DNA from: Giardia intestinalis
Taxonomy: Eukaryota
Assembly: GCA_000002435.2 (NCBI GenBank)
Contig: CM018791.1
Reading direction: 5' to 3' (one strand)
Length of the DNA stretch: 64,000 nucleotides
Shown: in pieces, positions 17,422 through 28,248 of the stretch
Numbering within the stretch: position 1 is the stretch's first letter
How the letters are laid out: each line of letters starts with the position of its first letter
Made by a program: the position numbers and the translations under genes
Notes under the pieces: model-generated
The model's database searches: none
What the model was told of the DNA's origin: nothing
Seen by the model: the letters and a program-made list of their open reading frames with translations, nothing else

Positions 17422-18166
17422 ATCACTACAAAATCAAAAATTTCAATTAAATGTACTAAATCAGTGATAGAATTCTGCTAAATACGCTAATCTATGTACT
17501 GATCAGCTTGAAGCTAACCATCCACGAGCTTTCTGAAACTCCTATGCTGATGGTGCGTAGACAAACTTAGCCATGATTGGTAGCATTTTCCATTAGCCAG
17601 ATAACCAACAGAGCCCTTCTAGCTTGTTTAATTATATATGAGCATTGCATGTAAAAAGAAACAGTTATGGACCGGAGCTTAAATTTACAAGTCTGTATGT
17701 ATGTTACAGTACTTGACCAGGTATGCATAATATAAAAGAGCCTTAGGAGTAAACATAGACTGCAACTGGTCATCACACCTCTTATAAACAGCGCAGCAAG
17801 CTTTTTCTAGTAGTGGGTTCTACGCAAAGTTAGCGTGTAGTGCTAATAGTGACACACTGAATGAGGAGAGGTAAACTGTAATAGGACCACGTGCCAGTAA
17901 GTATTTCATTCTATAGCTGAAAAAACCAGCTGAGTTACTATGATATAGCAATAGCATTACATTTCATTTTCCTGAGTGTAAGGGTTTAACGTTTAACGAT
18001 TTCAGTACGTTATCATAGACGATGCACAGTGAGTGAAGTATCAAGTAAAAAGAATCGAATAACAATACACGTTCCATCAGTGCAATTGTATCTCAAAAAC
18101 TATCATGAAAGTCATCATTGATGTGCGGTTGTAGTCGGTTTGTAAAAGTACTCCCTGAAACCGAGC

Positions 18167-21100
18167 CTAAGACCTGGAACTGGCTACATATTGATCAATC
18201 AGTGCTCTTAGTGGACCATGGATGGCTCTCCGCATGTAGAGGTATATTTCAGAGCCAAGAATGGAGCATAGTTCCTCCACAAAGCTAGTCATATTTTGAG
18301 AAAGGGCAGAGCATGACGTACCTGCATCAGCTAAGCAAAATACGTTTAGTGCTAACAGAATATCCTCCAGAACCAAAACAGTCGATTGCATACCTTTTTG
18401 GTCTAGGATATCCGGGACAGTTGTAGTCATGATACAGGTGTTTGTGCCAACAGCGGTGATAAACTCTGGATACTCTTTCGCAACCTTCTTCCAGTATATA
18501 GCCGGAGTGGTTGAGGCTTCGGAAGTCTTGTAAAGTGACTCCTGATTAACCAAATCGCTGCACTTAAAGATGTGAGTTGCCACATCCAGCCTGCATCCAT
18601 GCGCCAACGAAATCAGCTGCATGAAAGGTGTCCTCATCTTAGCCCAAAGCCTTACAAGGACGTTACTAAGAATGGCCAGAGCAGGTCCATTTGATGAGAG
18701 CATTTCGCTAACCTCAGAACGGACCAAGTGGACACTCTGCAAAAGATGGAGCTCTTGAAGCAAAGACTTCTCTGGGTCTTTTGCGCAAGCGTTAACTTTC
18801 ATAAACAAAATGATCAAGCAGGTCATTACATCTGTTATATTCGCTGATCGCATTAAATCGATAAGCGCACTATAGCAACAAGATGCAGATTGGATGTGGC
18901 TATCGGCGAATAGAATCATAAACACAAGCATATCTGTGATCGCCGATAAGATACAGGATCTTGGTGCGCATAGGATGGTTCCCCGTGGACCACAAAGTGC
19001 GTGGAGAAACTGCGCATAAATAATGAGCAACCGCAACTTTCTTTCAGGTCTCTCCGAGGATTCTTCACAAAGAAAGAAAAAGTGACAAATGTTGGACGCT
19101 GCGTTAATAAATCTTGGAAGCAGTGTAGCAACATTGATTTGATTTGTGTTAGCTAGATAGACAGCTCGCTTCAAGGCGAGCACGTGGTTCTCGAGTTCTG
19201 CAAGTTGGAGGTGTCCTTGATTCTCAAGCTGATGCAAGGCCTCTTCAGAAAGGACATCATCAAATGGATGAACCTCTGCAAGATTCCGTGGTTGAAACTG
19301 CCGGGTTGTAGTTGGTGTCCTAGTAGAGTCAATACTATAGTGACGGTCAGTATAACTTGTCTCTGGCGAAATGAGGGTGATGCTTCCAAAGTCCACAAGT
19401 GGTGGGAAAGAATCAGTAAGTCTGGAGGTAGGGCTAGCAACCTTGTTTGTAAGAACATGTGTGGGTGAAGTACCGGTGAGCGTAACTGGAGAAGGCATGT
19501 CAGCTACACTGGGATTAGCGGCGGCTGTCTTAAGGTAGCTAGTAACGTAGTTTTTCTGGAGTTGCGGGGGTCCGTGCGGCGGTAAAGGATGACCTAATTG
19601 ATCGGCTGGGACGATCTGGGGGGATAATTGCTGACTAAACGAAGTATTGTTTGATTGCATACTTGTATTTTGACACAGTGAGGGACCCGTGAGAAGAGAT
19701 GGCCCTTGTAAGCTTGCTTGGGTCATACTCTGCATACTCTTCTGGGATTGGAAGACTTGCGCTCCAAGTTGGCCACGCATACTGGTGTTCGCATAGTGTT
19801 CTGCGGGACTAAATCCATCCAGTGGATCGACTGGTGCAGGGGGATTTTCTGGAGCAACTTGAGTCATGTAGCTCTGTTGATCATCAACTTGATTAGCCAT
19901 ACAAGGAAGGATGAGAGCGCGAAAGTCTTGAAGATCTTTGTCGTGTAGTGTCTTCTCAATAAGTGGCATCAACTTTGTCCGCACAAGAGCATCACACGCG
20001 TTAATAATGGAGGCAAGACATGTAATAAAGATCGTTCGTGCGCTTCCTCCACGGAGTTTTGGATAGTTTTCGCTTATGTGCCCTTCAGAAAATGCATACG
20101 TATCTGTATTAACGCTAGTTTTGTAAATGGATAGCAATGACTGAATAGGAGCAAGGCTAAGCTCAAGACAATGGTCATTGTCTCGAGACGCCTCTGCCAT
20201 CACCGAGACAAGTCTTATGATTGCAAACTTAGTAGGCATTTGGCGTATCTGAATTCTAGCATTGCGGCCCAAAAGATGCATGAGCGCTACATTTATGATA
20301 TTCTCAAACGACGTTAAATGTACGTGTCTTTCTGCCAGAGACGTAATCTGCACCTTCAACTGCGTCATATTGAACTGCTCCAATCTTGCCAGAATAGCCG
20401 GGAAAAGATAATCGAGGTCTGAAATGGTTAAAACAACCTCATTGTCTATTAGAATATTGATGAGATCCTCCGTTATTTGGCACGCAGCCTTGACCTGTGT
20501 TGTGTTAGGAGTTGCGGGGGCAGCAAAGCCGTCACAAAAAAGCAGAGATATGTACTTCATTAGAACATCTCTCTGGGCCACAACTCCCTGGTGGTTCCCA
20601 AGCATAGCATTGCGAAGGAGACTAACGGTATCCACGATTGTTTTGCTTGTTCCTGTGAACTTGGCGTCTATCCCTCTAGGAATGCCCTGTTGACCAGATA
20701 ACAGTGCTGGAGCATTAGAAGAGGCCTTCTTAAGGAACATGTCAGCTACGTAGCTTGACGGTATGATTTGACAGAGTTGATTGTAGAGCTCGTCTCTCGC
20801 TGGAAGGGAAACAGGGGCATCGGCATTAAATGGGTCGATAATCCACTTGATAGTAGACATTTTCCGTTGGTCATAGAGATTGGGGTTTGTGCTTATCGTC
20901 AGTTCCTGATCCTTCTGGTCTCGTGGCTCCTTGGGGGCTATGCCTGGCTTGATACCTCTTTGGGCAGACAGCTTATTTTTAGACGAGTTTGCTTGCTCTA
21001 AACCGGTTAATTGAGAATGAACAAAGTTATGTCCTGGGCCCCCAACACCAGCGTTAATTGTATGTGCTCCTTGCGAAGGCTGCTGATGACTTGGTGGCAT

Positions 21101-23179
21101 AAACAGTTTACCATGACTCTGTGGCGCAGTGGCTGGAGCTGCTGAAGCAGAGTCTGAGTGTGGATATGAATGTAGTGTGTCATGATCTGCTGCATCAAGT
21201 GAAGGTTTTTGCTGTCCAACAACTGGAACAACACGTCCTTCCAAAATATCAAGAATATCACTCCTTCCTACGGAAATACAGACCTTCTTGATGAGGTCCA
21301 TAAGCTCTGCTTGTTTCCTAGCGTCTTTAGCTCCAAATCTGGCCTTTAAATTGACGAGTAAGTTAAATGCCGTTTGAGAAATCCCATCAGTAACTCTGGT
21401 AAAGAAGGCAAGGATCTCGGATATGTGGGCAACTATCCCAAATGCGTAAGCCTTCAAAGCTGGCGCCCGGATAACGGCAGAAGAATCGCCCAGCAGCTTG
21501 TCGAGACTATCGAAGACTAGGTTTAGTCCAGAGAAGTCACCGGGATCCTGAGGATTCTGCTGAGAGGGTGTAACATCAATAAGCATGGAATTGAAGCTCA
21601 CACGCTCTCTATGGACTCTAGACTTAAGCTGAATTCCAGGAGAAAGCTCTCCTGATACTGGCGTGCCTTCAGGAAGGGCCTTTTGAGCCCCAGGAAAGCC
21701 ATCGTTTAACAGGTAATTAATGACCACGTCTTCAAGCTCCTTGTACCGGGCGTAGTCTACAGAATTGGACCCTAATGTCTGTCCTGAAGGAGTCTGGCCA
21801 ATGGCTGACTGCAGGATCTGATTGGGAAGCTGGACACTAAGCTTTGTCTTTCCAAGATAATAAACAGTATTATATACTATAGCGCTTGCCCAGATAGTTC
21901 GGAGGAGTCGGCAGCTATCTTCCTTGACCTCAGAGTTTTTGTGTGGGATAGCTACAGCCCACATGTCTGCAGATATATCCGATAGTCGATGGGAGTGAAC
22001 TAAAAGAGAGTGCATGAAGAGATTATACCCGGCTATTACTGGTGCCTTGCGCTCCTTGAGCCGATTGGTGCAGGCCACAACGAGTAGCTTGCTTGTCGAG
22101 GAATATGGACCCATGGGACCAATAAGTACAGCGAGTGATGCAGCAAAGCGCATGGTGGCACTAACCACAGCAACACTTAGGTCAGAGTCTACTATAGTCT
22201 TTAATTGCTTGAAAATCTGGGGCAGGGAGAGCTGGGCACGATCTATCCGTGTAAGAGAAGAAAGAGCCTTGATTTGATCATCTAAAATCTGTTTCCGCTC
22301 CTTCCAATTCTTATCAGTAATCATCTTATCCCAATTCTTAGGCAAATGAAAGGAGGCAGGGACGCAATCATCAAATGGATCGTATGTAAAGCGTTGCACA
22401 ACAATCGGTGGAGAAATTGCACGTTTTCCCTCTGATGCTACCATTACCTTGCCATCCTGCGCCGACGATGAGTCACCGGCACCTTCCTGTTGCTTTTGGA
22501 GATCCTGAATGACCTCTTCCATGACGCCTTCAAAGGCGGTGATGTACTGTTTCGGAGTGTTGGGCCCAAGCATTCCCTTGATGGGTTCGACACCGACCTT
22601 CATGGCCAGGAGAGCAGCAATCTTCATGGCAGAACGGCGAACTTTCAGGTCCTTGTTTTGAAACACCGGGGCCACGAGGCGAACAAAAGGAGGCACATCC
22701 ATGCCAAAGATACCATACTTCTCCACGATAGCCTGAAGACAAAGAGCACTTTCGCTGAGCACCTTGGGGCTCTTTGCTGACAGTCCCGCTAATAGAGACT
22801 GGATAACAACATTGGGTTGCCCAGGAGCACTGTGCAGGCTTGCTCGAGCAGATAAAGCCACGAGAATGCCCTTGGCTTGATCCTTGAGGGCGGGCTTAGT
22901 ATTGGAGAGGCCCTTTTCAATCAAGACAGTGGCTATAGACTGAAACTGGTTCGCATCGAGCATATCTTGCCGCAACAATTCTTCTAACGCAGTGTACAGC
23001 TTCTTGAGCGCAAGAGGGTTTATCTCTCCAAGAAGAGACGGAAGGACGCCGGCAACAAGGCGTAGATGGGATTGGCAAACGGGGGCATCGTCCGGTACAA
23101 GGATCGCAAGGGCATCAAGGCGCTGCTTGGCATCCGCACTTCTTAACTTGGCAAGAAAGTCAGATTCGGCGTCTGCCAT
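18167..23179 (-). CDS. Large TOG-domain protein, XMAP215/Dis1/ch-TOG-like microtubule-associated protein (putative).
   Basis: 1670-aa ORF with ATG confirmed (cat at 23177-23179) and TAG stop. N-terminal 'LAKLRSADAKQRLDALAIL' and 'LPKNWDKMITDKNWKERKQILDDQIKALSSL' match the TOG-domain signature (compare Stu2 'YKLWKARLEAYKEL' and 'SSKWKDRVEALEEF'). HEAT-like helical repeats follow. Confidence 0.5.
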   Translation of the reverse strand: MADAESDFLAKLRSADAKQRLDALAILVPDDAPVCQSHLRLVAGVLPSLLGEINPLALKKLYTALEELLRQDMLDANQFQSIATVLIEKGLSNTKPALKDQAKGILVALSARASLHSAPGQPNVVIQSLLAGLSAKSPKVLSESALCLQAIVEKYGIFGMDVPPFVRLVAPVFQNKDLKVRRSAMKIAALLAMKVGVEPIKGMLGPNTPKQYITAFEGVMEEVIQDLQKQQEGAGDSSSAQDGKVMVASEGKRAISPPIVVQRFTYDPFDDCVPASFHLPKNWDKMITDKNWKERKQILDDQIKALSSLTRIDRAQLSLPQIFKQLKTIVDSDLSVAVVSATMRFAASLAVLIGPMGPYSSTSKLLVVACTNRLKERKAPVIAGYNLFMHSLLVHSHRLSDISADMWAVAIPHKNSEVKEDSCRLLRTIWASAIVYNTVYYLGKTKLSVQLPNQILQSAIGQTPSGQTLGSNSVDYARYKELEDVVINYLLNDGFPGAQKALPEGTPVSGELSPGIQLKSRVHRERVSFNSMLIDVTPSQQNPQDPGDFSGLNLVFDSLDKLLGDSSAVIRAPALKAYAFGIVAHISEILAFFTRVTDGISQTAFNLLVNLKARFGAKDARKQAELMDLIKKVCISVGRSDILDILEGRVVPVVGQQKPSLDAADHDTLHSYPHSDSASAAPATAPQSHGKLFMPPSHQQPSQGAHTINAGVGGPGHNFVHSQLTGLEQANSSKNKLSAQRGIKPGIAPKEPRDQKDQELTISTNPNLYDQRKMSTIKWIIDPFNADAPVSLPARDELYNQLCQIIPSSYVADMFLKKASSNAPALLSGQQGIPRGIDAKFTGTSKTIVDTVSLLRNAMLGNHQGVVAQRDVLMKYISLLFCDGFAAPATPNTTQVKAACQITEDLINILIDNEVVLTISDLDYLFPAILARLEQFNMTQLKVQITSLAERHVHLTSFENIINVALMHLLGRNARIQIRQMPTKFAIIRLVSVMAEASRDNDHCLELSLAPIQSLLSIYKTSVNTDTYAFSEGHISENYPKLRGGSARTIFITCLASIINACDALVRTKLMPLIEKTLHDKDLQDFRALILPCMANQVDDQQSYMTQVAPENPPAPVDPLDGFSPAEHYANTSMRGQLGAQVFQSQKSMQSMTQASLQGPSLLTGPSLCQNTSMQSNNTSFSQQLSPQIVPADQLGHPLPPHGPPQLQKNYVTSYLKTAAANPSVADMPSPVTLTGTSPTHVLTNKVASPTSRLTDSFPPLVDFGSITLISPETSYTDRHYSIDSTRTPTTTRQFQPRNLAEVHPFDDVLSEEALHQLENQGHLQLAELENHVLALKRAVYLANTNQINVATLLPRFINAASNICHFFFLCEESSERPERKLRLLIIYAQFLHALCGPRGTILCAPRSCILSAITDMLVFMILFADSHIQSASCCYSALIDLMRSANITDVMTCLIILFMKVNACAKDPEKSLLQELHLLQSVHLVRSEVSEMLSSNGPALAILSNVLVRLWAKMRTPFMQLISLAHGCRLDVATHIFKCSDLVNQESLYKTSEASTTPAIYWKKVAKEYPEFITAVGTNTCIMTTTVPDILDQKGMQSTVLVLEDILLALNVFCLADAGTSCSALSQNMTSFVEELCSILGSEIYLYMRRAIHGPLRALIDQYVASSRS

Positions 23180-23252
23180 TGCGAGCTCCCGACGATTCTC
23201 TGTAGATTTGATAATTTAAAAAGTAAAATTAAAAAGTTGCTTCGTCCTATTT
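23180..23252. promoter_or_regulatory. AT-rich 73-bp bidirectional promoter region between the divergent genes 18167..23179 (-) and 23253..24350 (+).
   Basis: 'ttgataatttaaaaagtaaaattaaaaagttg' lies immediately upstream of both ATGs. This is typical of Giardia short AT-rich initiator-type promoters. Confidence 0.6.
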
Positions 23253-24350
23253 ATGCCCGGTCTTCCTTGGTTGGTTAATTGTGTGCTCCTATCGGTATTT
23301 ATACCATCTCACTCTGAGATTGTAAAACTAGAACCATTAAGCAATATGTCTTTGAAAACTACACTAACTCTTCCGCCCCCCACCTCCAAGGGCTCGTTGA
23401 ACATTTCTCAAATTAAGCTAACTTTCCCACGCCCCCACGGATCAGTTTTTACAACACTAAAGCCATTCGATGGAACCCTGGAGTCCAGTGGTACTTCTCT
23501 TCAATTGATTTTTTCTTGCCAATCACCCAATTCGGTTAACAATTGCACCGTTCTCGTTGGTGAGCTTTTCAGCCAAGACTCGCCCCTTACAGACATCTCT
23601 CTCGACCTTGTAACGCCAGAATACTCCATTTTGTTTTCCAAATGTACCCTCGACATGGGCTCTAGTGGTGTAGTTGCCTGGAAGTCATCCGTCACAACTT
23701 TTAGCCCGGACTCTTCATTGGTTATTAACATCTCGACGTCGTCTAGCACAAGTGTTTCAGCCTGCACTAGTTTCACTATATCCTATGACGCTAAGTCTTT
23801 CACGTGCACCTCCACATCTAACAGTTTGTCCGCTACTAAAATTGGAGATAAGGAAATATCTATTTCACTGACTACAGCTAACTGTCCAGAGCTATCAGAG
23901 CATGCCAAAGGTATGCAGAAAGCACGGGCGATTCTTTACTCGTGTACATGCACTGTTTCGGGATCTGGTAGTAGTAGCCAGTCATCGACGCCATTTACAG
24001 TTCTCGAGCTTAGGAAGCCTCTGAATGTGGGTATTATCGTGTTGGATGTGTTCTTTATTGCAGGCATTATTGCATGCATTGTGCTGATTGTCATTGGGCT
24101 CCTGAAGTTCAGGGAGCCAAACAGTTGCAAATGCTTATCTAAATCGTGTACGCGAAAACGCACACATTCTGGCGCATTAAAGGATAGACAAGAGCAGACA
24201 CTGGCATCTGTGCCCGGTACTAACGACACCTTTTCCGTTGTGGAACCTTCTGTGCTGGGAGAGATACGGTCAGATAATGACCTTACTCAGATGAGTCATC
24301 ACGCCAATATAAGTGGGCCCAGGTTACTTTCCACCAACAGAGTCTCATAA
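23253..24350 (+). CDS. Hypothetical type I membrane protein, Ser/Thr-rich and not cysteine-rich.
   Basis: ATG confirmed. Hydrophobic N-terminus 'LPWLVNCVLLSVFIPSHS' (signal-peptide-like). S/T-rich ectodomain. One TM helix 'IIVLDVFFIAGIIACIVLIVIGLL' near the C-terminus, then a basic cytoplasmic tail. Confidence 0.7.
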   Translation: MPGLPWLVNCVLLSVFIPSHSEIVKLEPLSNMSLKTTLTLPPPTSKGSLNISQIKLTFPRPHGSVFTTLKPFDGTLESSGTSLQLIFSCQSPNSVNNCTVLVGELFSQDSPLTDISLDLVTPEYSILFSKCTLDMGSSGVVAWKSSVTTFSPDSSLVINISTSSSTSVSACTSFTISYDAKSFTCTSTSNSLSATKIGDKEISISLTTANCPELSEHAKGMQKARAILYSCTCTVSGSGSSSQSSTPFTVLELRKPLNVGIIVLDVFFIAGIIACIVLIVIGLLKFREPNSCKCLSKSCTRKRTHSGALKDRQEQTLASVPGTNDTFSVVEPSVLGEIRSDNDLTQMSHHANISGPRLLSTNRVS

Positions 24351-24759
24351 CAGTTTTCCCAGAGCATGCTTAATTGGTATAGAATACTATTAACAACTAT
24401 CATTAAACAAGTTGACCTAGATGTTGCAATGTTAGAATCTTTTAGAATGTAAATTGTTAGCTGAATGGTCAACTGTCATAAGAGCGTTGTTGTGTGGGTT
24501 TGGTGTCTGATTGTCGATGAAGGCTTCAGACCCACGTGTCACAACCAGAAGCGATGACTAGGTTGTGAGCCCTGAGCAATCAACATATATTGAAGACGCT
24601 TGTCGCTTGCTATATATTGCATTTCAATAGTGGATAGCCTAAACGGAATTAGTATCTAAAGGTTCATCTACTATACGTCAAGATAGGCCGTAAGTTAAAC
24701 ATTTTGATTGATAAAATAAAAGGTCTAGCAAACGTCATCAACCGAATTGCTTCATACTC

Positions 24760-27700
24760 ATGCTTATGCTTTTAATATGCTTGTGCTTATGTTTATCAAC
24801 GTTTCCTTTTCCCTCTCCGCCCGATCCTGTGACTCTCAACTTTAAATATCTCTCGCTTTTCACAGCTATTAAGCCCTTCTACGTACTTGGTGACAGAGCT
24901 CAGTATCCACAAGAACTGATAGAGAAATACCTAAAATCTTTGTCGCAATATGCAAAGGGTTACGCTTCTTTATTTAGTGCAAATAAACAGGGCTGGGATG
25001 ACATGCTCCCGCTGACAAGTGCCCCGACGATGCGAGGGCACATAAGCAGGATGCTGATGATGTCTATTGCATATCAGACAGAGGGGTCTGCTCTTTACAA
25101 AGACGAGTCATGCTTTCACAAGATTTTATCAGCATTTGTTACTCTATCGCAGCATTACACGGCAGGAATACCATGCACACCGGACGAATACTTGTGGAGC
25201 TTGGTTATCCCTGATGAAATCATCAATCTTTTGATTGTTCTAAACAATATTTATATACCCACCAACAATGTCGAATATGAAAAAGGTCTCCGCGCGATCC
25301 TACAAGGCTTGTTCACGATCCCTGCCAAGTCTCAGCTAGTGCAGGAGTGCACAGGAGATCCCACCGAATGGTATGATGATACCAGGTGTCCCGTGAGTGC
25401 CGTTCTCATGGAGCTCTGTGCAGCGAAGATTGTGATTTTCAGCTCCTTAATGGTCGGCGACCTCAGCTCCATGACCAAATACTACAACAGAGTGAGCGCA
25501 CTCCTTGAAGCACGTGACCCTGACTACGACGTCGTCCCTCAACCTGTCCTCTATGACGGGTTCCGCACTGATGGCACCTTTGTTGAATATTATTCCAGCG
25601 TGATTTTTGGGTCCACCGGGCAATCGCTGCTCTACCTGCTTTCCTGCATCCTTGCCCCGGCCAAGCAGATCGAGGAGGCTCTACTTTCAAACAAGAGCCC
25701 GGGCGACGTTGTCAAGATTACATCCCAGGTCTCAACCATTTTGCAGGAGGTTGCCACATACTTCACTGGCACAATCCTGCCCTTTGTGGCGAACTGTGGA
25801 TTTGTCGACTCCTTGTCTGGAGCAGAGGTGGCATCAGGGGTTGACAATCCATACAAGCGCCTAGGTAATATACTCATTGGACTGTTTCAGATTGTCTCCG
25901 TCGCCAACTCCAGTGGATACAGCCTCCATGCATCCTACGAACGCATCTACAAGCACTGCAACTACTTCATACTCAACTGCCCACAACTTAAGGTTCACCT
26001 GATTTCTCACCTAAACTTTCCTACTCTCGGACTGTGGAACAAGGTCACGGGGGTCTTTCTATCTTCTCCCGCGTACCCTGGCGAACTCATGGTTGGGCAC
26101 TATCCGCTCATTCACGGAGACCACTATGCCTACCAGGCAAGGCATTTCTCCCTGATAATCGCCATGAACTCGTATCGTACGCGGAACTTTCAGTGCATTA
26201 ATGATCTCAACAAGCTCGGGTTCTATCAGGCGGCAGGGGCAGTCTTTCCCTTTGTCAGAGACCACCCGAAGCAATATGAGGACTATGTTCTGCTGGCATC
26301 ATCGCATGATTATGCAGGCATTATATATGATTCGGGCTATCTGCCAGATTGCTCATCTCAATCCCATCTCTATGGAACACTTTCACCTGGACGCTTTGTC
26401 TCTAGCATAACAGATGGCACGCATGGGAGCGCAACGATGGATTACTATAATGCCTACTCCAACACCATCCGTTATAAGACCATCTACCTCATGGAGTCTC
26501 TCAGTGAAGGGCTCCATGTGGCTCAGCTGACTTCCACCAAGACGAGATCTATTACCCTAATAGCAAATCTGGCTACTATTCCACTTGGTGAGAAAGATAC
26601 GAAAGAAGTGTACGTTGATGGAATTAAACAAACTTCCGTCGGGAACTATTCGTTCTTGCTGGCAAGAAAGATTCTCTTTAAGATAACCCCACATTCTGGC
26701 AAAGCATATGCTGCAGCTCTTATTTTCCCTGTAAGCTTAAGCGGAATCATTAGTGACATGGCAGTAATACGATCGTACAACTATGTTGGGGGGAAAGCAC
26801 ATATCACAAAATCCTTCCATGTCCTTATTGTCACAACAACCTTACAGAGGGCTTCACCCTCTCCAGGCAGCGGCCAGTGGCAGCCTTTTCAGTCTCTTGT
26901 GTATTCCTACTATCCCTATCTTCCTATAGACACTACAGACGATCAACTTAATGGTTTGATGAATAGCTACACTCTATCCTTTGGTGGTGGCTCTCAAGCT
27001 GAGCACACAGTCGACGACAATACTGGAATGCTTTCCTACACACAGGGAGACAATAGGATCATCGCCCTTAACTTCTATAGTGCCGGCACAGCCACACTCT
27101 ATGGCTCAACTACTATCCAGTCTAGTGTCATCTCGCAAGTGCTCTTTGTGCAGGCTCCAGGAAAGTACACCATCACCGTCAGAAATCCTGTGTCTTCCAC
27201 AGCTACCGAAATCAGACTAGAACTTAACGGCCTTGCAGACATGGTGAGCGTTCAGCACTGGTGCACCACCGGGGGATCGACGGGAGCAAACAATCTGTAC
27301 GTTGTGGCACGCCTTAGCAGAATAGCCACGTGTCAAATAGTTGTCACGCGTGGCGCGTCTCCTGCGCCTCTGCCCTCCAACATTCCTCCTTCCACAGGTC
27401 GCCCGCCGTATGTGCCACCTTCTGAACCGCTAGATGACCTGTTGTATGACACATCTACCGATATAATCAAGATACTCACTCCCAATGGAAATAGAATGCG
27501 CGATGATTGGATAATAGCAACCTCTGTTATAGTTGTCATCGTATTCATGGCAATCTGCGTAGGAATTGGTACCTGGAAGTGTAGGGTGATGCGTAAAGCC
27601 TTGATGCATGTACACAATAAGTCGCACAGGTTTGAGCCCATTAACATTTCTGAGACCATTACTCATCTCAACAATCAGGCATCAGATGTTGATGTGGCAC

Positions 27701-27834
27701 AAAGTCAGGGATCTCCTAGATTCAATATCACTAATAGCCACATGACTCTTGAAGAGGCTATACAAATATCAAAAGCAATTGATGGTTCTAGAAGCTGGAC
27801 ATTTGAAAGCTCTAGGAGGCAAAAGCTCGAATGA
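24760..27834 (+). CDS. Hypothetical large type I membrane protein (1024 aa).
   Basis: ATG confirmed at 24760. Hydrophobic leader 'MLMLLICLCLCLSTFPFPS'. Single C-terminal TM helix 'WIIATSVIVVIVFMAICVGIGTW' followed by a basic tail. No recognisable catalytic motifs. Confidence 0.75.
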   Translation: MLMLLICLCLCLSTFPFPSPPDPVTLNFKYLSLFTAIKPFYVLGDRAQYPQELIEKYLKSLSQYAKGYASLFSANKQGWDDMLPLTSAPTMRGHISRMLMMSIAYQTEGSALYKDESCFHKILSAFVTLSQHYTAGIPCTPDEYLWSLVIPDEIINLLIVLNNIYIPTNNVEYEKGLRAILQGLFTIPAKSQLVQECTGDPTEWYDDTRCPVSAVLMELCAAKIVIFSSLMVGDLSSMTKYYNRVSALLEARDPDYDVVPQPVLYDGFRTDGTFVEYYSSVIFGSTGQSLLYLLSCILAPAKQIEEALLSNKSPGDVVKITSQVSTILQEVATYFTGTILPFVANCGFVDSLSGAEVASGVDNPYKRLGNILIGLFQIVSVANSSGYSLHASYERIYKHCNYFILNCPQLKVHLISHLNFPTLGLWNKVTGVFLSSPAYPGELMVGHYPLIHGDHYAYQARHFSLIIAMNSYRTRNFQCINDLNKLGFYQAAGAVFPFVRDHPKQYEDYVLLASSHDYAGIIYDSGYLPDCSSQSHLYGTLSPGRFVSSITDGTHGSATMDYYNAYSNTIRYKTIYLMESLSEGLHVAQLTSTKTRSITLIANLATIPLGEKDTKEVYVDGIKQTSVGNYSFLLARKILFKITPHSGKAYAAALIFPVSLSGIISDMAVIRSYNYVGGKAHITKSFHVLIVTTTLQRASPSPGSGQWQPFQSLVYSYYPYLPIDTTDDQLNGLMNSYTLSFGGGSQAEHTVDDNTGMLSYTQGDNRIIALNFYSAGTATLYGSTTIQSSVISQVLFVQAPGKYTITVRNPVSSTATEIRLELNGLADMVSVQHWCTTGGSTGANNLYVVARLSRIATCQIVVTRGASPAPLPSNIPPSTGRPPYVPPSEPLDDLLYDTSTDIIKILTPNGNRMRDDWIIATSVIVVIVFMAICVGIGTWKCRVMRKALMHVHNKSHRFEPINISETITHLNNQASDVDVAQSQGSPRFNITNSHMTLEEAIQISKAIDGSRSWTFESSRRQKLE

Positions 27835-28248
27835 CTTGCGAAGACGTGCAAAAAAGTAGACAAAGTGCCTACAGAATAAAACCCCTTTACCAAGATTGGT
27901 CGTGACTTTTATTGTAAATTTATGAAGGCTAAAAGTGCAATCAGCTATGTCTCAATAAGTGTAAAAGGCATAGCGACGAAGCGTGAGAATAGCAACTTTG
28001 AAAAGCCTCATTACCATACAGATAAAGATAGACTTCTTTGGCGATCAGAGAACGGAAGACACTGCGAGTGTGAACATAGCCGTTAACGCCCGGCGAAGTG
28101 AGTGTAGCATACATGCACACTATAGAACGAAAGCCATAGTTAGTTTGCAGCGCACATGACTCCGTACAACTCCCTTAGCACCTGTACTTGACGTTGGACG
28201 GTCTTTGATACTTTTATTAATGCAGTGAAAATAGTAAAAGTTCCTGGG

